Source: an uncultured Eubacteriales bacterium
GTDB lineage: Bacteria > Bacillota > Clostridia > Lachnospirales > CAZTAY01
Length of the DNA stretch: 64,000 nucleotides
Assembly: GCA_964611655.1 (NCBI GenBank)
Contig: CAZTAY010000001.1
Coordinates: 3,847 to 67,846 of the forward strand
Direction: 5' to 3'
Shown here: positions 53,866 to 63,995 of the stretch, piece after piece
Position numbering within the stretch: the stretch's first letter is position 1
How the letters are laid out: each line of letters starts with the position of its first letter
Made by a program: the position numbers and the translations under genes
The notes under the pieces: generated by a model
What the model was told of the DNA's origin: nothing
Database searches by the model: none
The model's input: the letters and a program-made list of their open reading frames with translations, nothing else

Positions 53866-56800
53866 CTATTTTTTACTTATTCTCATGAGAAGTTCGCCGG
53901 ATTTAACTGACTGCCCTTCATTTACATAGACATCTTCAATTACGCCTTCAGTCCTTGCTACAACGCTGGTTTCCATTTTCATTGCTTCGATTACCACAAG
54001 AAGCTGATTCTTTTCTACTTTATCGCCTTTTTTAACATGAATCTTTGAAATGGCACCGGGTATGCTTGAACCGACTTGGGTTTCATCAAGGATGTCAGCA
54101 TATTGCACTTTATCATCAACAACTTTGACGTTTTTGTCTTCTACAAGCACGTCACGTCTTGCACCGTTTAATTCAAACTGCATATATCTTGTGCCGTCGT
54201 TGTTGTGTTCTCCTTTTCCTATGTATTTAATAATAAGAGTCTTTCCTTTTTCTATTGATATTTCAGTTGATTCATTCCTTGCCATACCCATAAAGAATAC
54301 ATGGGATTCCATATGACTGATGTCACTGTACATTTCACGTCTTTTAATGTATTCCTCAACAACCTTAGGGTATAAACACCAGCTAATTGCGTCCCTCATA
54401 CTAGTTTTTTCAGTTATACTTTTTAAATTTTCTAAAACTTCATCAAAGTTTATAGGGGCTAAATGTTCACCTGGCCTTGATGTAATAGGCTCTTCTCCCT
54501 TTAAAACAATTTTTTGAAGTTCTTTTGGGAAACCAAACGCCGGCTGACCCATCATACCCTTAAAATAACTTACTACAGAATCAGGATAATTATATGCAGC
54601 TCCCTTTTCAAGTATGTTTTCGGCATTTAGGTCATTTTGTACCATGAATATAGCTAAGTCGCCAACCATTTTTGAAGAAGGCGTAACTTTTACTATATCA
54701 CCAAGAAGCTTATTAACTTCTCTGTACTTATCTTTAACGTCATCAAAACGGTGTCCAAGGCCAAGGCTTTCAACCTGTGGTTTAAGGTTAGTATACTGTC
54801 CACCCGGAATCTCAAGCTTATAAATTTCTGTTTGAGGAGTGTGAATATCTGCTTCAAACTCTTTATAATACGGGCGTACGTCTTCCCAATAATCGGACAA
54901 TTTTTGCAGTGAATCAAGGTCAATCTGTGTATCTCTTTCAGTCAAATCAAGAGCTGCCACAAGTGAGTTCATTGACGGTTGACTTGTAAGAGAGCTCATA
55001 GATGAAATTGCTGTATCTACAATGTCAACTCCTGATTCTGCCGCTAACATATAAGCTGCAATCTGGTTTGCTGTTGTGTCATGGGTATGAAGATGTATAG
55101 GCATACCCACTTCCTCTTTAAGAGCTTTTACTAACTTCTTAGCAGCATATGGTTTTAACAGACCCGACATGTCTTTAATACAAAGAATATGCGCTCCTCT
55201 TTTTTCAAGCTCTTTTGCAAAATCAACATAATATTTAAGTGAGTATTTATCTCTGTTTGGATCAAGGATATTTCCTGTATAACAAACGGTAGCTTCAACT
55301 ACCTTGCCTGCTTTTGCAACTTCTTCAATAGCAAGCTCCATATTAGGAAGCCAGTTTAATGAATCGAATATTCTGAAAATATCAATTCCACTTCTTGCAG
55401 CTTCTTTTATAAATTCTTTGATTAGGTTATCTGGATAACTGCTGTATCCAACTGCATTTGAACCTCTAAATAGCATTTGGAAAGGTATATTAGGGATTCT
55501 GCTTCTCAGTTCATCAAGACGCACCCATGGTGATTCTGTTAAAAAGCGGTATGATGCATCAAATGTTGCTCCGCCCCACATTTCAAGAGAAAAACAATCT
55601 TTAAGGACATGAGCAGTAGCGTTTGCAATTGTTACCATATCCCTAGTACGAACACGCGTCGCCATAAGAGACTGATTTGCATCCCTAAAAGTTGTATCTG
55701 TTATTAATAATTTTTTCTGATCTAAAATCCAGTTTTTAAATTTTTCAGGACCGTTTTTATCTAAAAATTGTTTTAGTCCTACAGGCGGTTCGCCTTTAAA
55801 CTCTGGCACTCTAGGGGATAGATATTCTTTCTTGTTCTTGCTTTCAGGTTTATCAAGTATAAGTCCGCCTATATATGTAAGTACCTTTGTGGCTCTATCC
55901 TTTGATTCAACTATTTCGAATAAGGAAGGTGTTTCGTCAATGAACTTTGTATGGCATTTTCCTTCCATAAAAGTTTCGTTTGCCAAAATATTATTTAAAA
56001 ATGAAATATTGGTTTTAACGCCTCTTATACGAATTTCTGAAACGGATCGTAACATTTTACGAACAGCGCCTTCAAAGGTTCTATCAAGTGTTGTAAGCTT
56101 AACTAAAAGACTGTCGTAGTATGGAGTTATTTCAGCGCCTACGAATGCATTCCCAGCATCAAGCCTCACACCATAACCGCCGCCAGATCTATACGTAGTA
56201 ATAATACCTGTGTCAGGAGCAAAATTGTTAAGAGGATCCTCAGTTGTGATACGGCATTGTATTGAGTATCCTGTTAAGTGAACATCCTCTTGAGAGTTGA
56301 TGCCAATGCTAGGTGAGGATAGTTTTTCGCCATGAGCAATTGCAATTTGAGCTTTTACAATGTCAATACCCGTTACCATTTCTGTAACTGTATGCTCGAC
56401 CTGAATTCTTGGGTTCATTTCAATAAAATAATGGTTGCCGTGTTTATCAACTAAAAACTCTACTGTTCCAGCATTAACATAGCCAACAGCTTTTGCAATT
56501 TTAACAGCATCTTCATGAATTTTAGCACGCTTTTCTACTGGAATCGTAAAGGCGGGGGTATATTCCACTACTTTTTGATAGCGTCTTTGAACGGAGCAGT
56601 CTCTTTCAAACAAATGGACAATGTTACCGTAAGAGTCTGCTAGGATTTGAACTTCAACGTGCTTTGGTTCTTCCAGGTATTTCTCCATAAATATATCATC
56701 GCTGCCAAAAGCTTTCAGTGATTCACTTTTAACTGTGGATAAAGCTGTACCCATTTCGTCCGGGCTGTTAACCAGGCGCATACCTCTACCGCCGCCGCCT

Positions 56801-57309
56801 GCCGCCGCTTTTAGAATAACAGGATAACCAAATTTCTCGGCATATTCAAGTGCTTCTGATGTTGAAGCAATAGGGTTATCCATTCCATTTATAACCGGTA
56901 CTCCACATTCAATTGCAACCTTTTTTGCCATAAGCTTATCGCCCATTTTTGCAAGGATATCAGATGGAGGACCTATGTATACAATGCCATTATCTTCACA
57001 GGCTTTTGCAAGATTTGGATTTTCAGACAAAAAACCATAACCGGGGTGAATTGCTGTTGCTCCCCTTTTCTTTGCAAGGTCAATAACCAAGTCAATGTCT
57101 AAATAAGCTCCAAGTGGGCTTTTATTCTCTCCGATTAAATAAGCCTCATCCGCTTTTGTCCTGAAAATATTATATTTATCCTCTTTTGAATACATTGCAA
57201 TCGTATTTAGACCTATGTCATAACAAGCTCTGAAAATACGAATCGCAATTTCTCCCCTGTTTGCTACTAATACCTTTTTCTTTGCATTACTTACCTTTGA
57301 ATCGTTCAT
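53866..57309 (-). CDS. pyc: pyruvate carboxylase (biotin carboxylase, carboxyltransferase and biotinyl domains)
   Basis: The ATG at 57309 follows GAGGTGG, whereas the ORF track extends to 57366. The sequence contains KKVLVANRGEIAIRI, an ATP-grasp domain, an HMGL-like CT domain and the biotin attachment site IEAMKMET. Confidence 0.95.
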   Translation of the reverse strand: MNDSKVSNAKKKVLVANRGEIAIRIFRACYDIGLNTIAMYSKEDKYNIFRTKADEAYLIGENKSPLGAYLDIDLVIDLAKKRGATAIHPGYGFLSENPNLAKACEDNGIVYIGPPSDILAKMGDKLMAKKVAIECGVPVINGMDNPIASTSEALEYAEKFGYPVILKAAAGGGGRGMRLVNSPDEMGTALSTVKSESLKAFGSDDIFMEKYLEEPKHVEVQILADSYGNIVHLFERDCSVQRRYQKVVEYTPAFTIPVEKRAKIHEDAVKIAKAVGYVNAGTVEFLVDKHGNHYFIEMNPRIQVEHTVTEMVTGIDIVKAQIAIAHGEKLSSPSIGINSQEDVHLTGYSIQCRITTEDPLNNFAPDTGIITTYRSGGGYGVRLDAGNAFVGAEITPYYDSLLVKLTTLDRTFEGAVRKMLRSVSEIRIRGVKTNISFLNNILANETFMEGKCHTKFIDETPSLFEIVESKDRATKVLTYIGGLILDKPESKNKKEYLSPRVPEFKGEPPVGLKQFLDKNGPEKFKNWILDQKKLLITDTTFRDANQSLMATRVRTRDMVTIANATAHVLKDCFSLEMWGGATFDASYRFLTESPWVRLDELRSRIPNIPFQMLFRGSNAVGYSSYPDNLIKEFIKEAARSGIDIFRIFDSLNWLPNMELAIEEVAKAGKVVEATVCYTGNILDPNRDKYSLKYYVDFAKELEKRGAHILCIKDMSGLLKPYAAKKLVKALKEEVGMPIHLHTHDTTANQIAAYMLAAESGVDIVDTAISSMSSLTSQPSMNSLVAALDLTERDTQIDLDSLQKLSDYWEDVRPYYKEFEADIHTPQTEIYKLEIPGGQYTNLKPQVESLGLGHRFDDVKDKYREVNKLLGDIVKVTPSSKMVGDLAIFMVQNDLNAENILEKGAAYNYPDSVVSYFKGMMGQPAFGFPKELQKIVLKGEEPITSRPGEHLAPINFDEVLENLKSITEKTSMRDAISWCLYPKVVEEYIKRREMYSDISHMESHVFFMGMARNESTEISIEKGKTLIIKYIGKGEHNNDGTRYMQFELNGARRDVLVEDKNVKVVDDKVQYADILDETQVGSSIPGAISKIHVKKGDKVEKNQLLVVIEAMKMETSVVARTEGVIEDVYVNEGQSVKSGELLMRISKK

Positions 57310-57416
57310 TTTCCACCTCACAATTTCTAGTTCTTGAATACCGAAAGTCCAAAGCAATTGCAGCACAATTAATTTGACTCTCGTTTAGTACATTCTAATC
57401 ATACAGAATATACTGA

Positions 57417-57483
57417 TTTGAAATCTAAATTGCAGGATATTGCACAGCTAAAGCCGGCAATATCGTGCCTTATAGATTTCAAA
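57417..57483. repeat. 67-bp nested imperfect palindrome upstream of pyc
   Basis: The outer 11-bp arms are tttgaaatcta/tagatttcaaa. The inner 8-bp arms are gatattgc/gcaatatc (57436-57464). Both pairs are perfect. Confidence 0.6.
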
Positions 57484-57527
57484 CCGGTATTAGAGCCTTT
57501 TTTGAGACCTTTTAAAGTTAATGGCTC

Positions 57528-58226
57528 TTAAAACTTTTCAAGCATCTTTTCAACTAATTGCGCCGATCTTAAAACCGCCGCATCTATAAATTTATTATAA
57601 TCTGTTCCTGCGCTTCCATCAGCTTTATCTGAGATTGCTCTTATAATAACAAACGGAATCTTATTAAGAGTACAAGTTTGAGCAATGGCTGCTCCTTCCA
57701 TTTCAACACAAGAAGCAGAGAATTTATCCCAAATAAATCTTTTTTTCTCTGGGCTTGCAATAAACTGATCCCCCGTTGCTACTCTACCTTTGAAAATATT
57801 TGTATCAAAACCTAATGCTTCTGCCTGTTCAACAGCAATGTCCACTAATACCTCGTCAGCCTCAAAAATACTGGTTGACATTCTCGGAATTTCTCCAAGC
57901 TTATATCCAAACCCTGTTGCGTCCATATCATGATGAAGCGCATCAACCGACACAATAATGTCGCCTGTTTCAAGTTTGTTATCGATTCCCCCTGCAACAC
58001 CTGTGTTGATAATATAGTCAACAGCGAACAAATCAATTAGAACCTGAGCGCAAATCGCAGCATTTACCTTGCCAATCCCACACCATACAGCAACAAGATT
58101 TTTTCCTTGATAGGTGCCGACATAAAAATCCATTCCAACAGCGTTTCTAGTAACCTTTACATCAATGCCTGCTATTATATGTTTTATTTCTTCTTCCATT
58201 GCAGCAACTATGCCAATTGTCTTCAA
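57528..58226 (-). CDS. mtnN: 5'-methylthioadenosine/S-adenosylhomocysteine nucleosidase
   Basis: 232 aa with a TTG start after GAGGTG. It begins IGIVAAMEEE and contains GVAGG, VEMEGAAIAQ and IRAISD. Confidence 0.92.
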   Translation of the reverse strand: MKTIGIVAAMEEEIKHIIAGIDVKVTRNAVGMDFYVGTYQGKNLVAVWCGIGKVNAAICAQVLIDLFAVDYIINTGVAGGIDNKLETGDIIVSVDALHHDMDATGFGYKLGEIPRMSTSIFEADEVLVDIAVEQAEALGFDTNIFKGRVATGDQFIASPEKKRFIWDKFSASCVEMEGAAIAQTCTLNKIPFVIIRAISDKADGSAGTDYNKFIDAAVLRSAQLVEKMLEKF

Positions 58227-58423
58227 GTAATCACCTCATATACTTCGCTTTAAAAGGGGGTGTCAAATAATTTTAGCATAGGGATCAAATAAAAACAATC
58301 CCTACGCCAAACAAAAGAAAGGCAAAACATGTATATATATAAAAATTCCAAGAACTTTAGATAAAATCTATTGCTTTAATTGTTTGCTTACGATTTTAAC
58401 GCAAGCAGACAAATTTCAATAAG

Positions 58424-60256
58424 CTATTCTACAGTAACACTCTTTGCTAGGTTTCTAGGTTTATCCACATCGTTTCCTAAGCCTTTTGCAACATAATAAG
58501 CAAATAATTGCTGGGGTATGTTTGCAAGTAGCGGTGCGAAAATCCAATGTGTTCTCGGAATATAAAAAACATCGTCTGCTATCTTATCAATTGACTTTTC
58601 GCCTTCCATGGCAATTGCTAATATTTTAGCGCCTCTTGCCTTAACCTCTTTTAAATTGGATGCTGACTTTTCAAACAATTCTTCCTGGGTTACCAGACCA
58701 ATTACAAGTGTATTTTCTTCGATTAAAGCAATTGGACCGTGTTTTAATTCGCCTGCTGCATATGGTTCACTATGAAGATAAGCAATCTCTTTTAATTTTA
58801 GAGAGCCTTCCATAGATATAATATGGTCTAGCCCTCTTCCTATATAAAAAACATTTTTTACAGATAAATATTTATTGGCAAAGTATTCTATAACCGAAAA
58901 ACGTTGTAGTATATTATCGACCTTGGATGGCAAAGTTCTTAGCTCATTTTTTAGCTCCAGTGCTTCTTGTTCAGAAATCCGATTAAGGTTTGAAGAAATA
59001 TGGAAAGCCAGCAAATAGGTTGCAACAACCTGAGTTGAAAACGCTTTTGTTGAAGCAACTGCAATTTCAGGACCGGCAAGTGTATAAAAAACATCGTCAG
59101 ATTCTCTGGCAATTGAGGAGCCCACTGCGTTTACAATACTGACAATCCTCGCGCCGGCTTTTTTTGCAAGCCTTAAAGCTGCTAATGTATCAGCAGTTTC
59201 TCCTGATTGAGATATAACTATCATAAGAGTTTTTTCATCAATAGGAGGGTATTTATACCTAAACTCTGAAGCCACGTCTGCAAAAACAGGAATTCTGGCA
59301 AGACGCTCTAAGAGGTATTTCCCAACTAATCCAGCATAATAGGCTGTTCCGCAGGCAACAATATAAATTTTGTCAATGCCCATAATATCTTCTTTTGTAA
59401 GAGAAATATTATCAAGCGTGATCTGATCGGAATCATCAGGAAGTCTAGGCAATATAGTATCCCTAATAACCCTGGGCTGCTCAAATATTTCTTTTAGCAT
59501 GAAATGCTCGTATCCGCCTTTTTCCGCAGATTCAATATCCCATGTTACATGGAAAACTTCTCTTTCTATTTCTTGTCGTTGAGAGCTGAAAATCCTCACT
59601 CCGTCTTTTGTAAGCTCTGCCACTTCATTGTCCTCAAGGAAGTATACATCTCTTGTGTATTCCAGTATGGCTGGAATATCAGATGATATATAATTTGAGT
59701 CATTAGAAGTTCCGATTATTAAAGGACTGTCTTTTCTAGCTGCAATAAGCTTGTCAGGAAAGTCTTTAAACACAATACCAAGTGCGTATGAGCCATTAAG
59801 CCTGTCAAGGGCTCTAAAAACAGAATCAAGAGGATTTCCTGATTCTTTATAAAACAAATCAATAAGATGAGCGGCTGTTTCTGTGTCTGTATCTGAAACA
59901 AATGCATAGCCTTTTGAAAGTAACTCTTCTTTTAAATCTATATAATTTTCTATTATCCCGTTATGAACAACTGCAACATTTTCATTGCTTGCGTGGGGAT
60001 GAGAGTTTAAATCGGAAGGCGCACCATGGGTAGCCCATCTGGTATGTCCTATTCCAAGATTGCCTTTTAAAGGGTTTTGCAATAATTTGTCATTTAAGTT
60101 GGATATTCTTCCTTTTGTCTTAACAATATCAATTTCTTTTCCATTGTGTACTGCTATTCCTGCTGAGTCGTAACCTCTGTATTCTAAATGCGATAGTCCA
60201 TTAATTATTATAGGAACGCTGTTTGAGTTCCCCACAAATCCAACTATTCCACACAT
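58424..60256 (-). CDS. glmS: glutamine--fructose-6-phosphate aminotransferase
   Basis: 610 aa with the MCGIVGFVG N-terminal nucleophile. It has two SIS domains and ends in KSVTVE. Confidence 0.97.
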   Translation of the reverse strand: MCGIVGFVGNSNSVPIIINGLSHLEYRGYDSAGIAVHNGKEIDIVKTKGRISNLNDKLLQNPLKGNLGIGHTRWATHGAPSDLNSHPHASNENVAVVHNGIIENYIDLKEELLSKGYAFVSDTDTETAAHLIDLFYKESGNPLDSVFRALDRLNGSYALGIVFKDFPDKLIAARKDSPLIIGTSNDSNYISSDIPAILEYTRDVYFLEDNEVAELTKDGVRIFSSQRQEIEREVFHVTWDIESAEKGGYEHFMLKEIFEQPRVIRDTILPRLPDDSDQITLDNISLTKEDIMGIDKIYIVACGTAYYAGLVGKYLLERLARIPVFADVASEFRYKYPPIDEKTLMIVISQSGETADTLAALRLAKKAGARIVSIVNAVGSSIARESDDVFYTLAGPEIAVASTKAFSTQVVATYLLAFHISSNLNRISEQEALELKNELRTLPSKVDNILQRFSVIEYFANKYLSVKNVFYIGRGLDHIISMEGSLKLKEIAYLHSEPYAAGELKHGPIALIEENTLVIGLVTQEELFEKSASNLKEVKARGAKILAIAMEGEKSIDKIADDVFYIPRTHWIFAPLLANIPQQLFAYYVAKGLGNDVDKPRNLAKSVTVE

Positions 60257-60282
60257 TTCAATCCCCCTCTTTACAATCTAGC

Positions 60283-60307
60283 GGTTTGTTTCAAAGAAAA
60301 ACAAACC
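60283..60307 (-). other. 9-bp hairpin in the 59-nt glmM-glmS spacer
   Basis: The stem ggtttgttt/aaacaaacc has a 7-nt loop. No U-tract follows on the minus strand. Confidence 0.6.
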
Positions 60308-60315
60308 TTTGGCTG

Positions 60316-61677
60316 TTATCCAAGATGATTTTCAATAAGCAATGCTAATTCTTTGGCTTCGCTATTGATTTTTTCTATGTCTTTTCCTTCGATCATTACT
60401 CTAACTAAAGGTTCAGTTCCTGATGGCCTTACTAAAACCCTGCCTTTGTTTTTATAGTTGTCAATAAGCCTATTAATTTCATTTTGAACAGGTTTACATT
60501 CAGATAGTTTATACTTGTTTCCATTCTTTACTATTGCGTTTACCAACACCTGTGGCAAAGATTCCATTATTGACGCAAGCTCTGAAAGTTTTTTGCCTGT
60601 TTGTTTCATGATATTAAGCAATTGAATTGCTGTTAAAATTCCATCACCTGTTGTGTTATGTTCGAGAAAAATAATATGGCCTGACTGTTCTCCTCCAATA
60701 TTAATGCCTTTTTCCAGCATTGCCTCAAGAACATATCTGTCACCCACATTAGTTAATTCAGTTTCAATACCCTTTTCCTCTGCCATTAGAAAGAAGCCAA
60801 GGTTAGTCATTACAGTAACCACTATTTTATTGTTTTTCAGTCTGTTTTTTTCTTTCATGAAGTTTGCGAATATTGCTAATAGCTTATCGCCGTCTATTAT
60901 ATTACCCAATTCATCAACGGCAAGACAGCGGTCAGCATCTCCATCAAAGGCAAAACCTACATCTGCATTGGTTTCTTTAACAAATTTAACAATTGAGTCC
61001 AAATGTGTAGAACCGCAACCTTTGTTAATATTAATGCCGTTTGGTTGGTTATTTATCACCCTGACACTAGCACCTAGCTCCGAAATTGCAAAAGGGGCAA
61101 TTGTATATGCTGCGCCGTTTGCGCAATCAAGAGCAACCTTAATGCCAGATAAGGAATCATCTGTAGTTGTTTTTATAAAATCAACATATTCAATTTTCGC
61201 CCGTTCATTTTCAATCTTCCTTCCAATATTTACACCAGAAGGCATAGGCAAATTGTTGTATTTTTCATCGTCAAGCAAAATCTCTTCGATTTCGTTCTCA
61301 ATATCATCAGAGAGTTTAAAACCTAGTTCATTGAAGATCTTGATGCCGTTGTATTCAAAAGTATTATGAGAGGCAGAAATAACAACCCCTGCATCCATAT
61401 TGTATTTTTTAACCAAATACGCAATACCTGGCGTCGGAATAACTCCTGCACAAATTGCATCAACACCCATAGAGCAAATTCCTGCAACAATTGCTGATTC
61501 TAACATATGACCTGAAATTCTTGTATCAGCGCCAACTATTATTTTAGGCGTTTTTTCACCTTGTTTATGCTCAGTTATAACATAGGCGCTAACCCTGCCA
61601 ACTTTATATGCAAGTTCCGCAGTTAACTCTATATTAGCAACTCCTCTAATTCCGTCTGTTCCAAATAACTTACCCAT
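60316..61677 (-). CDS. glmM: phosphoglucosamine mutase
   Basis: The ATG at 61677 follows AGGAGG and gives MGKLFGTDGIRGVAN. The active-site loop is SASHNTFEYNGIK. The ORF track start at 61749 is probably upstream read-through. Confidence 0.95.
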   Translation of the reverse strand: MGKLFGTDGIRGVANIELTAELAYKVGRVSAYVITEHKQGEKTPKIIVGADTRISGHMLESAIVAGICSMGVDAICAGVIPTPGIAYLVKKYNMDAGVVISASHNTFEYNGIKIFNELGFKLSDDIENEIEEILLDDEKYNNLPMPSGVNIGRKIENERAKIEYVDFIKTTTDDSLSGIKVALDCANGAAYTIAPFAISELGASVRVINNQPNGININKGCGSTHLDSIVKFVKETNADVGFAFDGDADRCLAVDELGNIIDGDKLLAIFANFMKEKNRLKNNKIVVTVMTNLGFFLMAEEKGIETELTNVGDRYVLEAMLEKGINIGGEQSGHIIFLEHNTTGDGILTAIQLLNIMKQTGKKLSELASIMESLPQVLVNAIVKNGNKYKLSECKPVQNEINRLIDNYKNKGRVLVRPSGTEPLVRVMIEGKDIEKINSEAKELALLIENHLG

Positions 61678-61797
61678 AAAAGCCTCCTGTAAATCTCTGT
61701 GACCAATTCTGACAGAGGGTAATTGGTCTAAAGTTATTACTCTATTCATATTATATAGTAAATAATATTGTTAACACAGTATAATGAAAACATAAAC

Positions 61798-63135
61798 CTA
61801 TCTAATATTATCCCGCTCTTGTTCCTCATTTGCTTTTAATTTTGTCTGAATACTTATAGCAGGCTCATTAACATATTCAATACCTTGAGGCAGCTCCAGA
61901 TTAAGCATTACTTCCTCATTTCCCTGTGTCAGCTCTGAAACATCTACCGACGCCTTTAATCCACTTTTCTCCAACTCTAAAAGAGCTTTTTCAGAACCTC
62001 TTAAAGTTACTTTTACCGACTCAGACAAAATATAATATTCAAAGTTTTTGTCTAGGTTACCAGTTGTAGTTATATTATCCTTGTTAATGGTAAATTCCTT
62101 AAAGGACTCCTCTTCAATAAAAATTTTTATGGTTACAGCATTAGGAGTACCGTTTTTAATACTTATGTCCGGCGGCAGAATATTTAAGTTTCTAACATCA
62201 AAAGTTTGTATCAAAGTAGATGTTGAATTAGGGGGGATTAAAATGCTTGGCAGTTTAATTTCTGAAAAAGAATTAACAGCCTCATCAGTTCCCACTATTT
62301 CCAGTTCCTTAGGAGTCCATTCAATATCAGATATAACAAAACCACTATCAGGTCTTCCTTCATATCTGTTAGCAACTACCGCAACCTTTTTATATCTATT
62401 GATCGGTACAAATATATTAGCAGAATTTGTATTAGGTTTAATACCGCTTACAACTTTCTCATAAATATCCAGAATCACAATTGGAGAGGTTACCACCACA
62501 TCCTTTGTTGCACCTTTTACTTCAGCATAAGCAACCACTGTATCAATAGCTTGAATAGCGGATTCCGGACCTTTTAGCAGTACTTTTTCTGGTTTAATTT
62601 CTGCTGTAAGAGCTACATAACCTTCCTTGGGTTCGCCCTTAATACTAACCTTTATTGGTTTTTCGACCTCAACAACTTTTTCAACTTGAATTGTTAGATA
62701 TTTGGGGTTAAGTTCAAAGTCAAATGCATCAACCCTTGAGTCAAGCTTGTTTTCGGGATAGACAATATCAATTGGCACTTGAACAGGTGATTCAAGATTT
62801 AAAAGCATTACATTGAAGTTTGCCACTGCCTTTATATCTTTTTTGAATTTATCCAACTTTTGCAATGTGGAACGTTTGCCTTTGACCTTTAGTGAAACGG
62901 TTTTTCCATCAAGTGAGTCGATGTCTTTTATAGAAAGATCCTGTTCTTCAAGTATAGTAACCTTTTCCAATGATATTGGTATTGTAAATGTCCAAGCTTC
63001 AACTGGATCAGACAAACTAACAACCATAAACCAAAAAAGAAGAGCCGCAAAAAGAGAAAAGATTTTCCAGCCGAGATTTTTAGATAAGAAGCTTCCTGAT
63101 AAAATTTTTAGTCTTAGATTTTTTAAAAATTTCAT
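61798..63135 (-). CDS. cdaR: CdaA regulatory protein CdaR (YbbR-domain repeats)
   Basis: It has an N-terminal TM helix and repeated YbbR-like beta domains. The ATG at 63135 overlaps the cdaA stop as ATGA. Confidence 0.8.
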   Translation of the reverse strand: MKFLKNLRLKILSGSFLSKNLGWKIFSLFAALLFWFMVVSLSDPVEAWTFTIPISLEKVTILEEQDLSIKDIDSLDGKTVSLKVKGKRSTLQKLDKFKKDIKAVANFNVMLLNLESPVQVPIDIVYPENKLDSRVDAFDFELNPKYLTIQVEKVVEVEKPIKVSIKGEPKEGYVALTAEIKPEKVLLKGPESAIQAIDTVVAYAEVKGATKDVVVTSPIVILDIYEKVVSGIKPNTNSANIFVPINRYKKVAVVANRYEGRPDSGFVISDIEWTPKELEIVGTDEAVNSFSEIKLPSILIPPNSTSTLIQTFDVRNLNILPPDISIKNGTPNAVTIKIFIEEESFKEFTINKDNITTTGNLDKNFEYYILSESVKVTLRGSEKALLELEKSGLKASVDVSELTQGNEEVMLNLELPQGIEYVNEPAISIQTKLKANEEQERDNIR

Positions 63136-63995
63136 CTTCTGCCTCCCTTTCTCCAAATAGGCATACGAATCTTTTTGCTAAACCTTGATTCTCCAAAGTA
63201 TAATGAGTTAATCTCTTCAGTAGATATATTCCTACTTAGTTTACCATTTTTTGCAACCGAGATAGTTCCTGTTTCTTCTGACACTATTATAATAAATGCA
63301 TCAGACACTTCGCTTGCACCAACCCCTGCTCTATGTCTAGTACCAAGTTCCTTGCTTAAATCCGCATCGGTAAGAGGTAAAAAACAGCTTGCAGCAGCTA
63401 CCTTGTTATTTCTAATAATAACAGCCCCGTCGTGCAAAGGCGTATTATGTTCAAAAATATTAATCAACAATTCCTTTGAGATAACAGCATCTATTTTAAT
63501 ACCTGTTTCAATGATATCTCCAAGAGGGACAGAGTCCTCAATTAAAATCAGTGCACCTGTTTTATTTTCCGACATTTTGTTAACAGCTTGAGTAATCTGA
63601 TTAAAAACACCTGGTGAGCATCTTCCGTCGTCTTCACCGTTTTCATATGTTTCTATGAGAAAAGTAGACAGGAAATGTCCTTTACCCAGTTGTTCCAGTG
63701 CTTTTCTAAGCTCAGGCTGGAAAACAACAATTATTGCAATAATACCCACTGAAAGGGTATTAGATAAAATCCAAAGTATAGTGTTTAGTTGCAGCACAAC
63801 AGCTATTATGCAAAAAGCAAACACTACAAGAATACCTTTAAACAAGGTCCAAGCTCTCGTTTCTTTTATCCATAATACAATTTGATAAATAATAAAAGCA
63901 ACTATCAATATGTCCAAAATGTCCATCGGCCTAATAATAGGCAGATTTATAACGGATATTCCAAAATCGGATAAAAACTGTTGTATTGCAGACAT
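63132..63995 (-). CDS. cdaA: diadenylate cyclase CdaA
   Basis: 287 aa with three N-terminal TM helices. The DAC domain contains TPLHDGAVIIRNNKVAAASCFLPLT and GTRHRAG. Confidence 0.93.
   Translation of the reverse strand: MSAIQQFLSDFGISVINLPIIRPMDILDILIVAFIIYQIVLWIKETRAWTLFKGILVVFAFCIIAVVLQLNTILWILSNTLSVGIIAIIVVFQPELRKALEQLGKGHFLSTFLIETYENGEDDGRCSPGVFNQITQAVNKMSENKTGALILIEDSVPLGDIIETGIKIDAVISKELLINIFEHNTPLHDGAVIIRNNKVAAASCFLPLTDADLSKELGTRHRAGVGASEVSDAFIIIVSEETGTISVAKNGKLSRNISTEEINSLYFGESRFSKKIRMPIWRKGGRR

Noticed and set aside
58227-58423. Promoter-like TTGACA-18-TATATG and hairpins upstream of mtnN and downstream of glmS
   Set aside because: The -10 element would place the TSS inside the RBS, which is implausible geometry. 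The hairpins (gcgtagggat/atccctatgc and gtctgcttgcg/cgtaagcaaac) lack clean U-tracts. They are probably weak glmS termination structures, but I cannot support a call.
60653-61369. 238-aa plus-strand ORF
   Set aside because: It is antisense to glmM, whose active-site motifs are clear. Its sequence is Ser/Leu/Ile-rich and shadow-like.
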